A stretch of 64,000 nucleotides of DNA. It comes from Candidatus Bipolaricaulota bacterium (GTDB lineage Bacteria; Bipolaricaulota; Bipolaricaulia; UBA7950; UBA9294). The stretch covers positions 2,580 to 66,579 of the forward strand of contig JBFMGK010000011.1 of assembly GCA_040752575.1 (NCBI GenBank), read 5' to 3'. This document shows, one piece after another, positions 18,528 through 27,847 of this stretch (position 1 is its first letter; each line of letters starts with the position of its first letter). The notes beneath the pieces are model-generated. The model saw nothing but the letters and a program-made list of their open reading frames with translations. It had not been told where the DNA came from and did not search any database. The position numbers and the translations under genes were made by a program.

Positions 18528-19895
18528 TCAGGGCGCGACGACGGTGAGATCGGCCGCGAACGTTCCGACGACCGTGCCGGCGCTGGTCGCCGTCACAACG
18601 ATGGAGGCTGCCTCGCCGTGGGGCGCGGTGGCCGGAGGCATCACGGTCAGAAGCACGTTTCGGGTGGGGCCGGGAGTGCTCACCCACTGCTTCTCGATGG
18701 ATACCTCCGTCTGGCTGAGGCAGGCATACCAGCCGGCCGGCACGCCGGAAACGGAGAGGGTGAGGTCGAGATCGGCATAGCCGAAGCCGGCCTCGTACAG
18801 GAGGACCTCGTAGTACGAGGGCGAGCGTAGGGTAAGGACCCACGAGATCGCGACGCCGAGAGGAACGTCGGCTTGTGCCTGCGTAACCTCGCGCGGTCGC
18901 TCGACCTCGGTGATGCTGGCTGTGTGTTGCTCGTCGAAGCTCGCTCCGGAAATCCCCCTCTCGTCGCCGCGGGCGACGGTGAGGTGCTGCGGAAGAAGGA
19001 ACGTTGCGGGGACGCCCGTTTCGGGGAAGTGGTTGTTGAACATCTCAAGGACCAGGGCCGCTCCCGACGGCACCCAGGGCGAGCTCTCGAACTCCGTCCA
19101 CCCAAGGTCGGGGAAGAAGACGTCGATCCAGACATGGCCGATGCCGTTCTGGGCGTCGGCGTCCGCCACGTACCCCCAGGCAGGCCGTGACGGAATCCCG
19201 GCAGCTCGCAAGAGGGCGAGGGCGAGGTTCGAGAAGTTCCCGCAGATGCCGCGGCCGTTCTCAAGCGTCCAGAGCGCGTCGATCTGCGGCACGGGAGTGT
19301 CGCACTCCGCGATGGCCACATGCTCATGGAGCCAGCCCAATACCCTCGCCACGACCTCGATCTGCATGACCGCGCCGGTCGTGAGCTGTCCCGCCAACTG
19401 AGCGACGGCTGGGGCATCCGACTGGACCTGCGCGCTTGCCGCGAGCCACGGCAAGGCATCCGCCGGAAGAACACCCGGGTCGATCGGATAGCGTGACGTC
19501 GTGAGGATCGGGGCGTATAGAGTTTCGTCCAGCCAGCGCGTCCTCCGGACGAGGCTAGCGTCGCCCGAGGCGTCGGTCCAATGGGCGATGAACCACCGGT
19601 TCCCATCGGTGTCCATCTCCTCCCGCGAGCTCTGAAGAGCGGGATCCGCGGTCAGGTCGCAAGCGGCGATCCTCTGCTCGTGCCCGAGAGAGCCGCCTGA
19701 GGTCGGCAAGGAGATGGTGACGCTGACATCGCTGGGTCCGGTTCCCGCGGCCGCAATCACCGTGTACGTGTGCTCGGACTCCTGCAGCAGGACCCCCTCG
19801 AGGGCGAACAGAACGGGTCCCGGCGTCATCTCCTCGGCCGCAGAGCTCAAGCAGACCATCGCCAAGAATCCCAGCGTGAGTAGCACGATCTTCAT
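18528..19895 (-). CDS. Secreted transglutaminase-like domain protein
   Basis: Signal peptide; GICGNFSNLALALLRAAGIPSR, GHVWIDVF, GWTEFE. Confidence 0.8.
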   Translation of the reverse strand: MKIVLLTLGFLAMVCLSSAAEEMTPGPVLFALEGVLLQESEHTYTVIAAAGTGPSDVSVTISLPTSGGSLGHEQRIAACDLTADPALQSSREEMDTDGNRWFIAHWTDASGDASLVRRTRWLDETLYAPILTTSRYPIDPGVLPADALPWLAASAQVQSDAPAVAQLAGQLTTGAVMQIEVVARVLGWLHEHVAIAECDTPVPQIDALWTLENGRGICGNFSNLALALLRAAGIPSRPAWGYVADADAQNGIGHVWIDVFFPDLGWTEFESSPWVPSGAALVLEMFNNHFPETGVPATFLLPQHLTVARGDERGISGASFDEQHTASITEVERPREVTQAQADVPLGVAISWVLTLRSPSYYEVLLYEAGFGYADLDLTLSVSGVPAGWYACLSQTEVSIEKQWVSTPGPTRNVLLTVMPPATAPHGEAASIVVTATSAGTVVGTFAADLTVVAP

Positions 19896-20197
19896 GTCGA
19901 CTGGCCCTCCTTCGCCACGCAAGCTTCGCGCGAACTCCGCGAAGCCTAAGCCTCGGACACACGCCCAGGCCCTCTGACCCAGAGGCAGTTTACGGATCTC
20001 GTGCATCCCAGCCAAATCCACCAGGTCGGGCGTCTGCGACCGGTGGCGTCGGACTCAGCGCGCATCGGGCGCGGCGGCTTCGCGTGGGCGAAGGCTCTGG
20101 CGAACTCGTCGCCCAGGGGCCTGTGTAGGCGATGTCCCAAGACCAGTGCGCTGCACGTGCTCCGGAGAGACAGCCCGGGCATGAGGCCGGCGAGCCG

Positions 20198-20560
20198 TCA
20201 ACCGGCGCGCAGGATCGACGCCACGCGGGCGAGAACGATCGCCCGAACGACGGCGTCCGGAATCGGATCCGCCGGCTGGAAGCGAATGGCGCCCCTGCTT
20301 GTCGCGAGTCCCGTAAGCGCGGGGAGCTGGGCTTCGATGAGCTTTGGATCCAAAGGATAGAGGGCGCAGTGCTTCTTGGTCGCCCCATAGGCGACCAAGG
20401 GTTTCCCGTCGAGGCAGAGGGCCGGGACTCCGTAGCTCATGCACTCCCTGGCCTCGGGCACGGCGTCCCGAATGACGGACCGTAGACGTTCCAGCGCGTT
20501 GCGCTGGTCGATCGACAAGCCCTTCAGGTAGTTCGCGATGCTCTCGACGTCGTGGGTCAC
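20198..20560 (-). CDS. DUF1801 (YdhG-like) protein
   Basis: LERLRSVIRDAVPEARECMSYGVP, KKHCALYP, GAIRF. Confidence 0.85.
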   Translation of the reverse strand: MTHDVESIANYLKGLSIDQRNALERLRSVIRDAVPEARECMSYGVPALCLDGKPLVAYGATKKHCALYPLDPKLIEAQLPALTGLATSRGAIRFQPADPIPDAVVRAIVLARVASILRAG

Positions 20561-20805
20561 ACGGGCAGTATAGCCGTGCCTGGGGGTGCCGAGCCTGTGA
20601 GAAGGTCGTCAGCCTCCACACCGCGCGAAGAAGCGATCGGCGTAACGCTGGGGCGGACGATACGGGGACCGTGGAATGCGTCAAGAGGCGGACGACATGC
20701 GGGGTCTGGCTGGAGTGCCTGGGAGACTCATCGGACCCTGCCGCCGGCCCCCCGTGCCTAGATCTCTCGTTGGGAGCGGTTCAAGGGCCGAGGGCAATGC
20801 GGCGA

Positions 20806-21110
20806 CTACGGATCCGCGAAGCGCAGGGCGTCGAGCGCGCGGCGGGCGGCGGCGTTGAGCGGACGGGCTCTGCGCGTTGCGGCGTCGATCTGCACGGCAA
20901 TGACCTCGGCCTCGGCGACCCAACGCTCCTCCTGGAAGACCGCCTGCGTGAGCGTGATGGAGCTGTTCCCGATTTGCTTGACTGCCGTGCCGATGGTGAC
21001 GGAGCCCGGCCAACGGACATCACCCAGGAAGCTCAGGTCGAGATGGGCAATGACCAGCTCGGCATCGCCGTCCGCGAGACGCTCCCGCGCACGGGCGATG
21101 CCGGCGCCCA
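20806..21110 (-). pseudogene. 5'-truncated acyl-CoA thioesterase (hot-dog fold)
   Basis: C-terminal part LVIAHLDLSFLGDVRWPGSVTIGTAVKQIGNSSITL..VQIDAATRRARPL intact; N-terminal D..GHVNN segment absent; upstream boundary approximate. Confidence 0.65.
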
Positions 21111-21171
21111 ACGCTTGTCGGCGCACGGGCCGTCTCGCTAGATTCGGTGGACTGCGGGAGAGGAGGCCGAG

Positions 21172-21816
21172 ATGGAGGGTCGAGTCGGGATTCGCGGCGT
21201 CGCGATCGTCGCGTTGGTTGTTCTCGGGCTTGCGCTGGGGGCTGTCACTCAAGAGAACCTCGCGCTCTATGGCGGCGTTGGCATTGTCCACGCGATGGCA
21301 TTCGATGCGGGAGATGCGGTGGAGATCTCAGGGTGGCTGTGGATGCGCCCGGAAACGAGGCAGTACGCCGACTGGGTATTTGGTCCGATTCAGACGAGCA
21401 GGGTCTCTTTGGGCGATCCCTACGTCTACATCCACATCGACGCTCTGGTGACGAACGGGCTGGATGGAGGCAGCGGCTGGAGCACACACGTGGGCGTCGA
21501 GCTATACCTGATCAACGACACGGGTGCAGCTCTCGGGCTTGCAGAGCCCGTGGGTAAGAACATCGCGACGAGAACCTCCGTGTTGCTCGACAACCCATTT
21601 CTGCCCCAGGTAGAGGGGAACACCTTCGGAACCGGGTATCAAGCATCGTCCGAGCCGCTCCGAATCTCCACGGAGCTCGTGGATCGGTACGCGAGCGAGT
21701 TTGGGCCGCTGCTCCTCGTGCGCGTCCTGCGGAAGGGTGCGAGCGAAGGGGAACCTGAGCACATTGCCGTTCGCCCCGGCGGCGTCTGGCTGTCGTTTGC
21801 CGCCGCGCCCGGGTAA
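21172..21816 (+). CDS. Hypothetical secreted protein
   Basis: GGAGAGGAGG RBS, signal peptide, coding-like composition. Confidence 0.7.
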   Translation: MEGRVGIRGVAIVALVVLGLALGAVTQENLALYGGVGIVHAMAFDAGDAVEISGWLWMRPETRQYADWVFGPIQTSRVSLGDPYVYIHIDALVTNGLDGGSGWSTHVGVELYLINDTGAALGLAEPVGKNIATRTSVLLDNPFLPQVEGNTFGTGYQASSEPLRISTELVDRYASEFGPLLLVRVLRKGASEGEPEHIAVRPGGVWLSFAAAPG

Positions 21817-22030
21817 ACCGGAGAGAGACGGAGAGAGACGGGGCGTTTGCGGCTGGCGGGAGGAGGGATGACGCCACGCCCAAGGCGTCGTGCGAGGCGT
21901 CAGCGTCGGACGGCCCTTCGGTCGGCGTCTCAGCACGGGCAGCATGGGACGTCGAGTCCGCATCTCGGCGCCCCGCGGGTCGAGTTCGTTTGGCTTTGCG
22001 GCGGACTCCGGAACCCCTCCGGAGAGAGGC

Positions 22031-22266
22031 TCAGGTCGTGTCTCCCAGCAGCTTCTTCGGATCCCCTGCCGAGGGAACCTTTCCCACCGCGACGAGATTC
22101 CCTTCGATCGCCAGCGCTGGCGTGAGCATCACGCCTCGGTTGACGATCTCGTCGATGCTCGTCACCTTGATGACCTCGGCCTGAAGCGACCGGTCTGCGA
22201 CGGACTTCTCCATGGCATCCGCCAACGCCCTGCACTTCGGGCACCCGGTACCCACTCAATCTTCAT
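22031..22266 (-). pseudogene. Small redox-active disulfide protein (MTH895-like thioredoxin), frameshifted after codon 4
   Basis: RBS GGAGG then ATG AAG ATT GAG TG GGT ACC GGG TGC CCG AAG TGC; GTGCPKC..TPALAIEG lies in a different frame. Confidence 0.8.
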
Positions 22267-22280
22267 CTGCATTCCTCCCT

Positions 22281-22883
22281 CTAGCGGACGATCGCTCCGA
22301 AAAGCTTGCCGGCGAGCGTCGAGGCCATGACGACGAGCATCACATAGGCCGCGGTCATCTTGGCGTGCATCACCTTGCCGATGACGATCATGCTGGGCAA
22401 CGACAAGGCGGGGCCGGCGAGCAGTAGCGCGAGTGCAGGGCCGTTGCCCATACCGGAGCCGATGAGGCCTTGGAGAATCGGGATCTCCGTCAGGGTCGCG
22501 AAGTGCATCAAAGACCCGGCGATGCTCGCGGCGGCATTCGCCCCCCAGGAGTTGCCGCCGACAGCGCGAGCGATCCACTCCGGCGGGATCAGGGCGGTGT
22601 GGCCCGGACGCCCGAGGAGGAAGCCCGCCACGAAGACGCCTCCGAAGAGATAGGGCAGGATCAACGTGGCGAACGACCACGTCGAGCCGCCCCAATCGAT
22701 GAGCTCCGACTTCTTGAACCCCAAAGCGACTTGCAAGACGAGCAGACCAGGAAGAGCGCCTGCGATGACAAACCGCGCGTTGTAGATCGACGTATACAGC
22801 GAAGGCGCGAACTCGAGCTTGGCCACCTCGCCTCGCGGAATCAAGACGACGCCCGCTCCCTTCTCGGCCGGCTCCATCAGCAC
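22281..22883 (-). pseudogene. C-terminal half of an ArsP/DUF318-type permease
   Basis: LIPPEWIARAVGGN, LMHFATLTEIPI, GPALALLLAGPALSLPSM; about 200 aa with no N-terminal half. Confidence 0.75.
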
Positions 22884-22895
22884 GCCTTGAGATTC

Positions 22896-23273
22896 TTAGG
22901 GACGGCCACGCTGGTTCACCTCGCAGCGAGTCGGGTCCCCGCACGTTTCGCGTTCGCGGGTCCTCGCAGCGGCGGTGACGCGATCGGCCGCCGACAGCAG
23001 CTCTGCGACGGCCGGCGACGCAAGGCGGTGAAGAACGCGGACGCCGTCGCGTCGAGAAACGATCAGCCCCGCATCGCGCAAGGCAGACAGATGACGCGAC
23101 ACCCCGGAGGGATCTACGTCGAGACAGGGTTCGATCTCGCACGAGCACAGCTCAACCCGCTCAGCGAGCCTCCGCAGAATGGCGATCCGGATCGGATGAG
23201 AGAGCCCCATGCCCACCGACGCGCAGCCAAGGTCCAGCGGCGTTCCTGGGCTTTCGATGCTTTGTTGCACCAT
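22896..23273 (-). CDS. ArsR family transcriptional regulator
   Basis: LSHPIRIAILRRL..ELCSCEI...DPSGVSRHLSALRDAGLIVSRRDG. Confidence 0.88.
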   Translation of the reverse strand: MVQQSIESPGTPLDLGCASVGMGLSHPIRIAILRRLAERVELCSCEIEPCLDVDPSGVSRHLSALRDAGLIVSRRDGVRVLHRLASPAVAELLSAADRVTAAARTRERETCGDPTRCEVNQRGRP

Positions 23274-23310
23274 GATGCAGCAAAGCTACCCTGGTCCAGC
23301 CACTCGTCAA
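23260..23310 (-). promoter_or_regulatory. arsR promoter TTGACG-N16-TAGCTT with operator palindrome CTTTGCTGCA-N6-TGCAACAAAG
   Basis: 9/10 inverted repeat at 23260-23285 centred on the start codon. Confidence 0.65.
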
Positions 23311-23678
23311 GGGGTTCGACGATCGCGGACACCGCGAGGTCTACGCGTCTGTGAAGGGCAAGGGGCATGAAGGGCCAATGCGGAGCCGGAGCGTGCAACT
23401 CGTCGGGCGTAACGGTTGTCGGTGGCGCGCGCAACGACGGGACGGCGCGTGCATCCTAGACGAGGGAAAAGGGCATCCCCGAAGCGAAGATGAAAGCACG
23501 ACAGCCTCGCATCCATGCCTGGGGTTGAGTCGGTGAGGCCCCCGAATATCTCGACGGTGGACGGGAAGAGATGAGGCTGCCCAGTGGAGCGGATGCCCGA
23601 GGACCCGCCGGGGAGCTCGGCCCCGCGATCCAAGGGCGGGCAGGCGATCCGCCGGCCCTTGGAGCACGAGACGTAAGG

Positions 23679-23918
23679 CTAGTTCGGGATCGGGCCGTTC
23701 GGCGGCACCAACTCGCTGCCGTCGGGGATTCCGTCACCCGCGCTGGGATTCGGACCGAACGGATCGCCGTCGCCGATCGGGCCGGGCGGCACGTCGTATC
23801 CGCTGCCGTCAGAGACACCATCGCCGGAGTTCGGTGCAGGTCCCGGCCCCGCGGAGATCGCGAGCGTCGCGCTCATCGAGACAAGGAGCACCAGCAAGAG
23901 CACAAGCATCTTCCTCAC
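23679..23918 (-). CDS. Small secreted Pro/Gly/Asp-rich peptide (79 aa)
   Basis: GAGGAGG RBS, GTG start, signal peptide, two GPxPxxGDGxxDGS repeats. Confidence 0.7.
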   Translation of the reverse strand: MRKMLVLLLVLLVSMSATLAISAGPGPAPNSGDGVSDGSGYDVPPGPIGDGDPFGPNPSAGDGIPDGSELVPPNGPIPN

Positions 23919-24293
23919 GTTGACCTCCTCATAGAGACACACGTGTAGCAAGCAGCTACGGATAGAATGGCAGTATAGCAGAACACTCTGGCAGAGCCCA
24001 AACGCACTTGGCGCAGTTCTGTCCATAACCGGAAGCGTGGGGCTTGCGCGGGCGTGGTCCAGACCGAGTGGGCTTGGCGGATCCATGGGCTTGACGCCGA
24101 GTCGGCGGAGGTCTGCCGAGATGCCTTCCTGATCATGGGGTGTGGAGATCCGCGTGGCCTTGCCTGCTCGGGTGCAGCGAGTCCGCCTGCGTGTTGCTTC
24201 TGCGGCGAGAGGGGCGATGTTGTGCTGAACGCTCAGGGTCTTCTCCGTCGATTGAAGGGCTTTTCCCCTCAGGGTTGCACGACGTGTCGGGAT

Positions 24294-24310
24294 TTGTGGC
24301 ATAGTGACAA
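24294..24310. promoter_or_regulatory. Candidate PucR operator TTGTGGCATAGTGACAA
   Basis: TTGT-N9-ACAA, near-identical to 26093-26109. Confidence 0.6.
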
Positions 24311-24334
24311 GAGACTGCGGTCGAAGGAGGATCC

Positions 24335-26074
24335 ATGCAGTTGACCTTACGGCAGGCTCTGGAGCTGGCGGAGCCTCTGCGCAACGCGCGAGTCGTCGCC
24401 GGCGCGGCGGGACTGGACAACGTGGTCGCCTCGGTCAATGTGATGGAAGTGCCCGACATCGTAGACTGGGTGCATCCTGGTGAGCTCCTGGTCTCGACTC
24501 TCTATCCCCTGCGGGACGACAAAGCCGCTGTCTCGAGGCTGATCCCAGAGCTGGCCAAGAAGAAGCTCGCCGGCTTGGCCGTGACACCGGAGACCTACAT
24601 AGAGGAACTGCCGCAGTCTATGGTAAGGGATGCGGATCGGCTGGGCTTCCCATTGATTGAGCTACCACCACGCGTCTCGTTCGTCGACATTATCCAGCCG
24701 CTGACCTCTCGAATCCTCGATCTTCAGGCTGCGGAGTTGCGCCAGTCTGATGCCATTCTCAAGCGGTTTCTGGACCTGGTTCTGGTCGGTGGACACTACT
24801 CGGATATCGCCCAGGTCATCAGCGAAGTCTGTCATCGCCCTGTCTCAATTGTCGACCGCTTTCGAAGAGTCCTGGGGCATGGTGGGAAGGTTGGCGACTC
24901 CGTCGCCAGCCGCCTCATCGAAGAAGACCGTGCCGGGGAGAGCTATGTCAGTCCTGCAGTTGATCTGATGGGGGGGGCGGCTGGAAGGGGCGACCGAGCG
25001 GGGTGGCACGTCGTCACGGAGCAAGATGGGATGGAGATCTCGAGCCTGATCTCGCCCGTGGAAGTTAGTGGGACATCGCTGGGGAGCATCATTGTCTGGG
25101 AGCCACTCGCCATCGAAGCACAGGGCAGAAGTCTGATGGCGATACAGCATGGTGCAACGGTTGTGGCCCTGAAGATGATGGAGACGCGCTCCATAGGGCA
25201 GATTGAGCAGCAGTTTCACAACGAGATTCTGGAAGGCTTACTCTCTGATCAAGCTGCCACTCGGTCCAGCGCGCTTCAACTGGCGGAGAGTCTGGGCAGA
25301 GCGCTCTCGCCTCCGTTCGCGATTCTGCTTGTGGGCTCCGACTTGCCATCTCATCGGCTACTCGCTGCCAGGGAGCGCCGTGAGCAGAGCAACGTCGATG
25401 CGAGCCTACACCTGGCGCAACGGTACATTCGGAGCTATCGAGACGGCGTCTCCTTCTGGAGACGCGGCCCCCATCTGATTGTCTGTTACCCCGTGCACGC
25501 TCAGGACAGGCCGCACGGTTGCGGCATCGTCGCGGAGATGCTACGGGAGGTTTGCGATCGGATCGAAAAAGAGAACGCACCCTACACCGTGTCCGCTGGA
25601 ATCAGCCGGAGGGTGGAGAGTCTTGATCGGTTCCCTCACGGCTACGAAGAAGCGAAGCAGAGCTTCGAGATCGGGCGGGCCCTCGCCGGTGAGAAGGCGA
25701 GCACTGTGACCCTCTTCGATGAGCTTGGACTGCTTCGGTTCGCCAAAGTGTCGGAGACCACGATCGGGATACGCAACTACTGCATGGACATGCTGGGGCC
25801 GCTTCTGGAGCATGACGCACGCAGTCCGGCGAGCCTTGTTCGAACGCTCAGGGTATTCCTTGACGCCAATCAGAGCCATGTGGAAGCAGCACGCATGCTG
25901 GGGATTCACTACAACACATTGCGCTACCGTCTGAGGGGAATCCGCGCCCTGGTTGGCGACATCTTTGCAGAGCCGCAGAGGCGACTCGCTGTCGAAGTTG
26001 CTCTTCATCTTTATCCCCTGTTGGAGAGCGCTGTTCGGGACGCGACAGGGCCGAAGGCGAAGGGGCGACGGTAG
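24335..26074 (+). CDS. PucR family transcriptional regulator
   Basis: N-terminal VVAGAAGLDNVVASVNVMEVPDIVDWVHPGELLVST; C-terminal HTH AARMLGIHYNTLRYRL. Confidence 0.93.
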   Translation: MQLTLRQALELAEPLRNARVVAGAAGLDNVVASVNVMEVPDIVDWVHPGELLVSTLYPLRDDKAAVSRLIPELAKKKLAGLAVTPETYIEELPQSMVRDADRLGFPLIELPPRVSFVDIIQPLTSRILDLQAAELRQSDAILKRFLDLVLVGGHYSDIAQVISEVCHRPVSIVDRFRRVLGHGGKVGDSVASRLIEEDRAGESYVSPAVDLMGGAAGRGDRAGWHVVTEQDGMEISSLISPVEVSGTSLGSIIVWEPLAIEAQGRSLMAIQHGATVVALKMMETRSIGQIEQQFHNEILEGLLSDQAATRSSALQLAESLGRALSPPFAILLVGSDLPSHRLLAARERREQSNVDASLHLAQRYIRSYRDGVSFWRRGPHLIVCYPVHAQDRPHGCGIVAEMLREVCDRIEKENAPYTVSAGISRRVESLDRFPHGYEEAKQSFEIGRALAGEKASTVTLFDELGLLRFAKVSETTIGIRNYCMDMLGPLLEHDARSPASLVRTLRVFLDANQSHVEAARMLGIHYNTLRYRLRGIRALVGDIFAEPQRRLAVEVALHLYPLLESAVRDATGPKAKGRR

Positions 26075-26092
26075 ACGGACTGGCACGCGGTA

Positions 26093-26169
26093 TTGTGCAG
26101 AAGTGACAAACGCCCGACGCTTGGTTGTGCCAGTTCGACATTCACAACGAACCCGGGTCCTCCCACAAT
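26093..26169 (+). promoter_or_regulatory. PucR-type operator sites (26093-26109, 26125-26141) and weak promoter TTCACA-N17-CACAAT
   Basis: Repeated TTGTG..ACA motif upstream of the ABC operon. Confidence 0.55.
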
Positions 26170-26272
26170 GGCACAGAGTGAAGTGCCCGATTCAGTATTG
26201 GGCACGAGAGGCCGAGTGGTCGTCCCGTCAGCGGCTGAGTCACGCGGTGCGTTGGCGCAATCCGGGGAGAAT

Positions 26273-27847
26273 ATGTGCAGTAGGGGAAGGGTCACAGCAG
26301 GTGTCGATCGCGTCAGTGCACGCGCGGGCCATCCCATTGCCCAACTCAGGGGAGTCACTAAGCGGTTCCCAGGCGTCGTAGCGAATGATGCCGTCGACCT
26401 CGACCTGTATCCGGGTGAGGTCCACGCTCTCCTTGGGGAGAACGGCGCGGGGAAGAGCACGCTGATGAAGATTCTCTACGGGTTCTACAGCTACGATGCC
26501 GGGTCAATCCATATTGACGGTCGCGAGGCTCATGTGTCTTCGCCGCTCGATGCCCGCAAACTGGGGATCGGGATGGTGTTCCAGGTCTTCACGCTCATCC
26601 CCGCGATGACAGTCGCAGAAAACGTTGCGCTGTATGTACCCGGGTTGCCCCTGATGCTCGATGCCCGCTCTCTCGGGAAGAGCCTCCGTGCTCTCGGCAA
26701 CCGCTGTGGGCTTCGAGTAGATCCGAGTGCCAACGTGCGCAGTTTGCCGATCGGAGATCAACAGAAGGTCGAGGTCTTGAAGTTGTTGGTTGCAGAGGCG
26801 CGCATTCTGATTTTCGACGAGGCCACCCGCGTGCTTGCCCCCCATGAGATTGAGGGTCTCTTCGAGATCTTCGAAATGCTCAAGAAGGATGGATACGCCA
26901 TCGTCTTCATCACGCACAAAATGCGCGAGGTCCTTGCCTGTGCGGATCGAATCACCGTGATGAGACGCGGGAAAGTCTCCGGAACCGTTCGAGGCTCGGA
27001 GGCGACGGAGAAAGCACTGATCGAGCTGATGTTCGGTGGATCCGTACCCGATCAGGCGCCCCGCGGCGTGAGGGATGCAGCGGCGGGCGACTGCATCCTA
27101 GAGCTTCGCGGCGTCAGTACTAGGGCTCATGGAGTGGGTATTGGACTTCGCGATGTGGATCTCGCGGTTCGCTCTGGCGAGATTGTGGGCGTTGCCGGAG
27201 TGTCGGGCAACGGGCAGCGCGAGCTGACCGATCTAGCTCTCGGGTTGGCTGCGTGTACCCGCGGGGAGAGACTGATCCTCGGTTCGAACGCCACAGCTTG
27301 GGGCGCTCGCAGGGTAAGGGCGATGGGAGTCGGGTTCATTCCGGAGGATCCGCTAGGTATGGGTGTGGTCCCATGGATGACGCTTGCACAAAACGCTGCG
27401 CTCGGTGATGTCGAGACGTACTCCCGCTACGGTGGACTATCGATCGATTGGCAGCACGTTCGCCGAGATGTCGCAGCTGCCTTCGCTGAACTCGATTTCG
27501 AGCCGCTGGAGACATGGGTTCCCGTCAGAACCTTCTCGGGGGGGCAGCTTCAGCGAGCCGTGCTGGCGCGAGAACTTGGCAGACACCCGCGCATATTCGT
27601 TGCCTCGTATCCGACACGTGGATTGGACGTACGCAGTGCGACGGCGACACGGCGGGTTCTGGCCGGACTGCGAAGCCGGGGCGGCGGGGTTCTTCTGATC
27701 TCCGAGGATCTGGACGAGCTCTTCCAGCTGAGCGATCGGCTCGTCGTCCTCCGCGAGGGCAGAATCGTCGGGCAATTCCTGCCCCAGGAGTTGGATCGCC
27801 ACACGATCGGTCACCTGATGACGACTTCCGGAGATGGCCATGAGTAG
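26273..27847 (+). CDS. CUT2-family (nucleoside/sugar) ABC ATP-binding protein, two NBDs
   Basis: GENGAGKSTLMK, ILIFDEAT, GVSGNGQREL, FSGGQLQR, SEDLDEL; start could be upstream. Confidence 0.92.
   Translation: MCSRGRVTAGVDRVSARAGHPIAQLRGVTKRFPGVVANDAVDLDLYPGEVHALLGENGAGKSTLMKILYGFYSYDAGSIHIDGREAHVSSPLDARKLGIGMVFQVFTLIPAMTVAENVALYVPGLPLMLDARSLGKSLRALGNRCGLRVDPSANVRSLPIGDQQKVEVLKLLVAEARILIFDEATRVLAPHEIEGLFEIFEMLKKDGYAIVFITHKMREVLACADRITVMRRGKVSGTVRGSEATEKALIELMFGGSVPDQAPRGVRDAAAGDCILELRGVSTRAHGVGIGLRDVDLAVRSGEIVGVAGVSGNGQRELTDLALGLAACTRGERLILGSNATAWGARRVRAMGVGFIPEDPLGMGVVPWMTLAQNAALGDVETYSRYGGLSIDWQHVRRDVAAAFAELDFEPLETWVPVRTFSGGQLQRAVLARELGRHPRIFVASYPTRGLDVRSATATRRVLAGLRSRGGGVLLISEDLDELFQLSDRLVVLREGRIVGQFLPQELDRHTIGHLMTTSGDGHE

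Noticed and set aside
21819-21842. Short tandem CGGAGAGAGA x2
   Set aside because: Two-unit microsatellite-like duplication with no further structure.
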